A DNA stretch of 17,572 nt, from positions 1 to 17,572 of the forward strand of contig CBFGIY010000053.1 of assembly GCA_965648935.1 (NCBI GenBank), written 5' to 3'. The position numbers and the translations under genes are program-made. Under the pieces are notes generated by a model. That model did no database searches, had not been told where the DNA came from, and was given only the letters and a program-made list of their open reading frames with translations. The DNA is from a candidate division WOR-3 bacterium (GTDB lineage Bacteria > Hydrothermota > Tepidihabitantia > Tepidihabitantales > Tepidihabitantaceae). Positions 1 to 6,100 of this stretch are shown in pieces (positions within the stretch are counted from its first letter, which is position 1; each line of letters opens with the position of its first letter).

Positions 1-153
1 GGATTGGTGTCGTTCAGAGGCCGGTTCGGCACGGTTCCGGTCGCGGAGTTGCCCCGGAGCCTGACCCACAGGCCGACCCGCTCCCGGACGCGGCGGATGC
101 GCGGGAAGCGGCGGAAGACACCGAGAAGAACCGGCCGACCGGGCGGCTGGTGA
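1..153 (+). CDS. 3' end of an unidentified upstream gene (basic C-terminal tail), partial
   Basis: Frame 1 is open from base 1 to TGA at 151-153 (GLVSFRGRFGTVPVAELPRSLTHRPTRSRTRRMRGKRRKTPRRTGRPGGW*) with mostly G/C third positions. An antisense frame shares those third positions, so the strand is uncertain. Confidence 0.35.
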   Translation, partial: GLVSFRGRFGTVPVAELPRSLTHRPTRSRTRRMRGKRRKTPRRTGRPGGW

Positions 154-166
154 CTCGCCAAGGTAA

Positions 167-192
167 GCTGCTATAACCATGGTTACAGCAGC
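167..192. repeat. 26-bp near-perfect palindrome (terminator-like hairpin, operator or recombination site)
   Basis: GCTGCTATAACCATGGTTACAGCAGC: 12 of 13 symmetric positions pair, the only mismatch being A173/C186. Confidence 0.8.
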
Positions 193-623
193 AGTTTGCG
201 GGCCTGAGCCGCGCTGACGCCGCAAGTCTCTCTTGGGTGACGAGTTGCGGGGTTGAGCAAGAAAGGGCCCCGCACGACTCCCCCGCCCGGTGGGCGGTCT
301 CGTCGGTCGCAGCCGCCCGCACGGCAGCGGTCAGAATCGGTAGTCATTGCGGTCGGGCAATCGGTGAGGCGACACTCGGTCACTGCCTCTGCCTGACCTT
401 GCCGGTTTACGTCTGCCTGCCTGGCAGCACCGGTGCCTGCGCCGCTGCAGTTCTGCTGCCGCGTGCTTGTGCCGCCAGTTCTACCGGCCCGGTCCGGCGT
501 GTTCTTCTCTGCCCTTCGACCGACACCACTGCCGGCGCGGCCCGAGTCTCACGGCGCCCGCCGGGTCCACGCGCCTTGACACTCTTCTTCTTGATTATAG
601 CCGTGGGCCGAGTTCAAAGCCGC

Positions 624-651
624 TTGACCGGGGGTGAGGCAGTCCTAGAAT
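624..651 (+). promoter_or_regulatory. sigma70-type promoter for the DUF763 operon, probably leaderless
   Basis: TTGACC(624-629)-N16-TAGAAT(646-651), then 5 nt, then GTG at 657. No Shine-Dalgarno sequence in between. Confidence 0.7.
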
Positions 652-656
652 GGCGC

Positions 657-1745
657 GTGCGCAAAGGCGTCGCGACTCTGCCGCTGCATTGGGGTACTGC
701 CCCGCGGTGGCTGTTTGAGCGGATGACCCGGATGGCGCGCGCGGTGGGTGAGATCATCGTGGCCGAGTATGGGCCGGATGAACTGCTGAGGCGGCTCTCG
801 GACCCGGTGTGGTTCCAGGCGTTCGGGTGCGTGGCCGGGTTTGACTGGCACTCGTCGGGCGTGACCACGACCGTGTGCGGCGCGTTCAAGGAAGGGCTGT
901 CGGGTCTGGAGCGCGACACCGGCGTGTTTGTGTGCGGGGGCAAGGGTCGGGCCTCACGCAGGACCCCGGAAGAGCTGCGCGTGCAGGCCGACGCTTTCGG
1001 GCTGGACGGCGAGTCGCTGGTACGACTGAGCCGGTTGACCGCCAAGGTGGACTCGGCCGGGCTGCAGGACGGTTTCCAGATTTACCATCACGTGTTCTTC
1101 GGCACGACGCGCGGCCAGTGGGCCGTGGTCCAGCAGGGGATGAACACCGAGTCGAAACAGGCGCGGCGGTATCACTGGCTCGGGGAGAAGGCGGTCGACC
1201 CGGTGAGCGACCCGCACGAGGGCGTGGCCTGCGACGTGCGCACCGAGCCTTTGAACATGGTCGCAGGCGAGGCGGTGAGCGCGCGCGAGGCAGTTGCCGA
1301 GCTGGCAAGCCAGGAGCCGGAATGGACAGTGCGCGAACTGGAGCGGGTGCGCAAGCTGGCGATGCCGGCCAAGCACCCGGTCGGGCTGGGCGACTGCCGG
1401 CCCGAGTACCTGCGCAAGGTCCTCACTTCAACTTACGAAACGCCGCCGGCCGACTTCACCGAGCTGCTGCTTTCGCCCGGCGTCGGGCCGAAGACGGTGC
1501 GGGCTTTGGCGCTCGTGGCCGAGGTGACCTACGGCGCGGAGCTGTCGTTTCGCGACCCGGTGACCTACTCGTTCGCGGTCGGGGGCAAGGACGGCTGGCC
1601 CTACCCGGTGAACCGCGGGGCGTACGACCGCGTGCTGGCGACATTGGAGCGCGCAATCCGCGCGGCGAAGCTGGGCAACAGCGAGCAGCTCGGCGCGCTG
1701 AAACGGCTGGAGAGCTGGTCGCGGGAGACGGTGGGGCAGAGTTGA
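657..1745 (+). CDS. DUF763 domain protein (362 aa) with C-terminal helix-hairpin-helix-like motif
   Basis: Family-typical N-terminus MRKGVATLPLHWGTAPRWLFERM and motifs LSDPVWFQAFGCVAGFDWHSSGVTT, AKVDSAGLQDGFQIYHH, WAVVQQGMN, RRYHW, PGVGPKTVRALAL, SFAVGGKDGWPYPV. Start moved from ORF-track 237 to the in-frame GTG at 657. Confidence 0.9.
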   Translation: MRKGVATLPLHWGTAPRWLFERMTRMARAVGEIIVAEYGPDELLRRLSDPVWFQAFGCVAGFDWHSSGVTTTVCGAFKEGLSGLERDTGVFVCGGKGRASRRTPEELRVQADAFGLDGESLVRLSRLTAKVDSAGLQDGFQIYHHVFFGTTRGQWAVVQQGMNTESKQARRYHWLGEKAVDPVSDPHEGVACDVRTEPLNMVAGEAVSAREAVAELASQEPEWTVRELERVRKLAMPAKHPVGLGDCRPEYLRKVLTSTYETPPADFTELLLSPGVGPKTVRALALVAEVTYGAELSFRDPVTYSFAVGGKDGWPYPVNRGAYDRVLATLERAIRAAKLGNSEQLGALKRLESWSRETVGQS

Positions 1746-2713
1746 AGGGCTGCGATTACCGGTTGCCGCTGCCGGGACGCGGCGGCTTCGCCTTCCCTCC
1801 TGCGTTTGTCGAGCGGTATCGGCAACTCGGCGACATCGACGCGCTGCTGGATTCGATGCGCAGACCGCTGCGCCGGACCGCGCGGGTGAACACGCTGAAG
1901 GCCACGACCGCGCAGGTGCTCCAACTGCTGGCCGACATTGCGCCCGAGGTGCTGCCGTGGTACGCCGACGGGCTTGTCCTCGGTGATGGCGTTGCTGTCG
2001 GCAGAAGGCTCGAGCATTTCCTCGGGCTGATTTACGTGCAGGAGGCGGCGTCGATGGTGCCGCCGCTGGTGCTCGCGCCGGAGCCGGGCGACACGGTGTT
2101 GGACATCTCGGCCGCGCCCGGCTCGAAGACGACCCAGATGGCGGCGCTGATGCAGAACACCGGGCTGATTGTCGCCAACGACTCGTCGCCGGTGCGCGTG
2201 CGCGGGTTGGTGGGCAACATCGACCGGGCCGGGTGCCTGAACGTCGCGGTGACGCGGCTGGACGGAATCAGGCTGGCCCAGCCGCTGGCCGGCCGGTGCG
2301 ACCGCGTGCTGGTGGACGCGCCGTGCTCGGCCGAGGGTACGATTCGCAAGTCAGCACAGGCGCTGGAGCAGTGGTCGCTCGAGGCAATCCCGCGCTTCGC
2401 GACGATCCAGCGCGGGCTGCTGCAGGCCGGGTATCGTTGCCTCGCGCCGGGCGGACGGCTGGTGTATTCGACCTGCACCCTCGCGCCCGAGGAGAACGAG
2501 GGCGCGGTGAGCTGGCTCTTGGCGCGCGAGCCCGGGGCCGAGGTGCTGGACTGGGACCTGCCCGGGCTGGTCACGCACGCCGGCTTGACCGAGTGGCAGG
2601 GCGAGCGGTATGCTGACGCCGTGGAGCGGACCCGGCGCATACTGCCGCAGGACAACGATACCGAGGCGTTCTTCGTGGCGTTGATCCGGAAGGGCGACGA
2701 TGAGGCCGGTTAG
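1742..2713 (+). CDS. RsmB/RsmF/NOL1/NOP2 family RNA cytosine-C5 methyltransferase, catalytic domain only (~323 aa)
   Basis: EHFLGLIYVQEAASMVPP, SAM motif LDISAAPGSKTTQ, motif IV DAPCSAEG, motif VI YSTCTLAPEENE (both catalytic Cys present), C-terminal EAFFVALIRK. Inferred TTG start overlaps the DUF763 stop (TTGA, 1742-1745). Confidence 0.9.
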   Translation: MKGCDYRLPLPGRGGFAFPPAFVERYRQLGDIDALLDSMRRPLRRTARVNTLKATTAQVLQLLADIAPEVLPWYADGLVLGDGVAVGRRLEHFLGLIYVQEAASMVPPLVLAPEPGDTVLDISAAPGSKTTQMAALMQNTGLIVANDSSPVRVRGLVGNIDRAGCLNVAVTRLDGIRLAQPLAGRCDRVLVDAPCSAEGTIRKSAQALEQWSLEAIPRFATIQRGLLQAGYRCLAPGGRLVYSTCTLAPEENEGAVSWLLAREPGAEVLDWDLPGLVTHAGLTEWQGERYADAVERTRRILPQDNDTEAFFVALIRKGDDEAG

Positions 2714-3110
2714 GGAAGCAATCGAGCGGTTCGGCCTCGGGGACGATTTCCTGAAGCGCTGGGCCACCCTCGACGCGCAGGACACGGTATTCGTCGGCAC
2801 GCCCGAGGCGATGGCGTTTGACGCGGTGCGGCCGATGCGGCGGGGACTGCGGATGTTGCGGCTGTTCCCGAGGTCGGTCAAGCCGACGACCTGGGCGATG
2901 CAGGTGCTCGGGCGCGGGGCGAAGCGCAACGTGATTGACGTGACCGAGGAGCAGGCGCGGGTGCTGGCCAACGGCGGCGAGTGTGACGTCGAGGCCGACG
3001 CGACCGACGGGTTCGTGCTGGTGCGCTGGCAGGGCTTCATCGTGGGCGTGGCGAGCTATCGCCGGCCGCACCTCAAGTCGCAGATGCCGCGCTACCGGCC
3101 GGTGGATTAG
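2700..3110 (+). CDS. Stand-alone PUA-like RNA-binding protein resembling the RsmF C-terminal / NIP7-type domain (136 aa)
   Basis: KPTTWAMQVLGRGAKRNVIDVTEEQARVLANG...GFVLVRWQGFIVGVA resembles NOL1/NOP2/Fmu-associated PUA proteins (recognised by eye). Overlaps the methyltransferase end by 14 nt. Confidence 0.7.
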   Translation: MRPVREAIERFGLGDDFLKRWATLDAQDTVFVGTPEAMAFDAVRPMRRGLRMLRLFPRSVKPTTWAMQVLGRGAKRNVIDVTEEQARVLANGGECDVEADATDGFVLVRWQGFIVGVASYRRPHLKSQMPRYRPVD

Positions 3111-3116
3111 GGTGAG

Positions 3117-3152
3117 CGTCGGACTGGTCGGACAGGTCAGACGGGTCGGATG
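3117..3152 (+). repeat. Four tandem degenerate 9-bp direct repeats (consensus GGTCGGACN)
   Basis: CGTCGGACT-GGTCGGACA-GGTCAGACG-GGTCGGATG, immediately followed by the RBS GGAGGAG (3153-3159). Confidence 0.8.
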
Positions 3153-3161
3153 GGAGGAGCG

Positions 3162-6100
3162 ATGAGAGCATTGAGGCTGGTGTTGCTCGTGGGGCTGGCG
3201 CTCTGCGCCGGCTGTCCGAAGAAGGTAACTGAGGCGACAGGGCCGGGTCGGCCGATTGCGATGCCCGAGTTCACCGAGGCGGAGCTGGCCGCGGCGCCGG
3301 CGCTTTCGGTGGTCGCGGCGTCGCCGCAGGGCCAGACCGAGCAAGGCGTGACCGAGGTCACGGTCGTGTTTGACGCACCGATGGTCGCGCTGGGCGAGCC
3401 GGCAGAGTCCTCTGATTTCCCGCTGCTCCTGGAACCCGACGTTGCGGGCCGGTGTCGGTGGCTGGGTGACCGCACGGTCGTGTTCGCACCGGATAGCGGG
3501 TTTGTGCCGGCGACGCGCTACACCGTGCGCATCCCGCGCGGGGTGCGCGCGCTCGAGGGCGCGATGCTCAAGGCCGACTATCGTTTCGAGTTCGAGACCG
3601 AACGGCCCCGGCTGCACAGCTCATCGCCCTACCAGCAGTCGAGCTTCGTCGGGCTGAACCAGCCGATTTACCTCTCATTCAGCCTGCCGATGGACCCGAA
3701 GCGGGCCGCACGCGGCATCAGGCTGCGCGGTCCGGGCGGGCTGGACGCTGCCTTGCGGGTGCGCTCGCTACGCAAGGGCGAGAAGCCCGAAGGCTGGTGG
3801 TATGACGATTCGGAGCCGCAACGAGTGCTGGTTGTCGAACCGCGCCGCAGGCTGGCAATCGAGTCGGAGTACAAGCTCATCCTTGCTGAGGGACTGCTCG
3901 CGGCCGCGGGCAACCTGGGCAAGGCGAGAGGGGACACGGTCGTCTTTCGCACGTTCAACCGGATGCGGCTGGAAGGCATCACCAGCGCGGCGCGACAACA
4001 GCCCGAGGATGCGGTCGTGCTCGTGTTTTCGAACCCCGTGCCAGTCGCGAATGTGGTCCGGCACATCGAGTTCCGGCCGCCGGTCAGGATTCCGGCCGAG
4101 TACACGAGCTACACGTGGGCCTCGGCCGAGGTGGCGCTGTCCCTGCCGTTTTCGCCGGAGACCGAGTACGAGGTTAGGCTGTCGCGCTGGTTGACCGACA
4201 AGTTCGGCAACCGGCTGGGCCGGGGCCAGCGGCTGAAGTTGCGGACCGTGTCGTACCGCCCGTACTTCTCAATGCCGACCGGGCCGGGCATCGTCGAGAG
4301 CGAGGGCAAGCCGTACGTGCCGGTGACGATGGTCAACACCGACAGCCTGAAGGTGCGGATGCGCGCGCTTCGGGCCTCTGAGGTGGTGCCGTACTGGCGC
4401 GCGGTTCACGACTACAGTTATCACGACGACGAGCAGCGTGATCCCAAGCCGTTCGAGCGGCCCGGGTTCTATACTTTGGAGCGGCTGTGGCGGCCCGAAG
4501 TCAAGCGCAACAAGCGTGCGGTTCTGCCGCTGGATGTGGGACGCGGGCTGGTCGGGGGCAAGGGCACCGTTGTCTGCGAGCTGGACGCGACGTATGAGCC
4601 GGAAAGGGGCAGCCGGTATCGTCGGGCATTGCTGCAGGTGACGCCGTACGGCATCACCGCGAAGTTCGCGCCCGAGCGCGGGCTTGGACTGGTGACCCGG
4701 CTCGATGATGCGGCGCCGGTGCCGAACCTGCCGGTGCAGGTGCGGGATGATGCCAATCGCGTGGTCTGGACCGGCCGGACCCGGGACGACGGTACGGTTG
4801 CTCTGCCCGGGTGGGACGCGGTCGGCGCGCCGCGGCGATACGAGTGGGACAACCCGCGTCTGTGGCTGTTTGCCGGGGACGAGGCGGCGGCAGCATTCGT
4901 GCATTCGGACTGGGGCACAGGCATCGAGCCGTACGAATTCGGGATTCCCTACGACTGGAACCCGGACCCGGCCGAGCCGCGCGGGTTCATCTTCACGGAC
5001 AAGGGCCTGTACAAGGGCGGCGACACCGTGAGGCTGAAAGGCATCGTCCGCCACAAGAAAATGGGCAACTGGGTTGTGCCGGGACAGCGCGACGGACGGC
5101 TTGAGGTGCGTGATTCGCGTGACGAGGAGCTGGTATCCGCGCCGCTGCGGCTGTCGGCGAACGGCAGTTTCGATTTCAGCGTGAGCCTGCCCGAGGATGC
5201 GCCGACCGGCTACTATTCGGTGCGCTACGACCTGGCCGATCGCACCTTCTACGCGTCGTTCCGCGTGGAATCGTACCGGCCGGCTGAGTTTGAAGTGAAG
5301 GTCGAGGCGGGCAGGGAACGCTACTACGTCGGCGACGAGCTGGCCGTCACGGTTCGGGGCGAGTACCTGTTCGGGGCGCCGATGGCCGGGGACCGGGCGA
5401 ACTGGTATGTTGACCTCACCCGCACTGGCTTTGTGCCGCCCGGGTTTGGCGAGTACACCTTTGGCGGCGGAGAGCCGGACCGACTTGACGGGCCGCCGCG
5501 CGTGGCCTCGGGTTCGGGCAAGCTGGACGCGTATGGCAGGCTGCCGGTGCGCGCAAGGCTTAAGCGCGAGCGGCCGGTCGGCACGTTCGTCGCCACAGTC
5601 GAGGCCGAGGTGGCCTCGGCCAACGAGCGCACCGGCGCGGGCCGTGGTTCCTGGCTGGTGCATTCGAGCGACGCGCACATCGGGGTCAGGGCCGCGCGCA
5701 GCTTCGTTGCTGCGGGCGAGCCGATCGGGTTTGATGTGGTCGTGGTCGACCCCGAAGGCAAGCACCTTGCCGGCACGGTCATCAGCGCCACCGTTCTGCG
5801 CCGGGAGTGGAAGACAGTGCGCAAGGCCGGCACCGGCGGGCGCTGGTCCTGGGTCAATGATTACCGGGACGTGAGGGTCAAGACCTTCAAAGTGCGCAGC
5901 GCAGCAGAGCCGGTGCGCACCGAATACCGGCCGGACAAGCCGGGCAGCTATGTCCTGCGCCTCGAGGCGCAGGACCGCAAACGCAGGCCGGCGCGGACCG
6001 AGACTCAGTTCTGGGCCAGCGGCTCGGGCGAAGCGGCCTGGATGCAGCGCGACGACGACATGGTCGAGCTGCGGCGCGACCGGGAGTCGTACGCGCCGGG

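Noticed and set aside
166..193. Integron attC site (TAAC...GTTA core)
   Set aside because: The cores are adjacent rather than tens of bases apart, and there are no L boxes, cassette array or integrase.
183..383. 66-aa Cys-containing minus-strand ORF as a RiPP precursor or small protein
   Set aside because: No convincing RBS, no modification enzymes nearby, and its stop falls inside the palindrome.
237..656. 140-codon N-terminal extension of the DUF763 ORF
   Set aside because: Family similarity begins at GTG657. The extension is low-complexity and runs across the promoter at 624-651.
875..1741. Long open frame upstream of the methyltransferase overlapping DUF763 (possible overprinting or frameshift fusion)
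   Set aside because: Arg/Gly/Ala-rich shadow frame expected in high-GC coding DNA. No slippery site is evident, and the TTGA coupling explains the real start.
3117..3152. CRISPR-like array
   Set aside because: The 9-bp units have no spacers and there are no cas genes.
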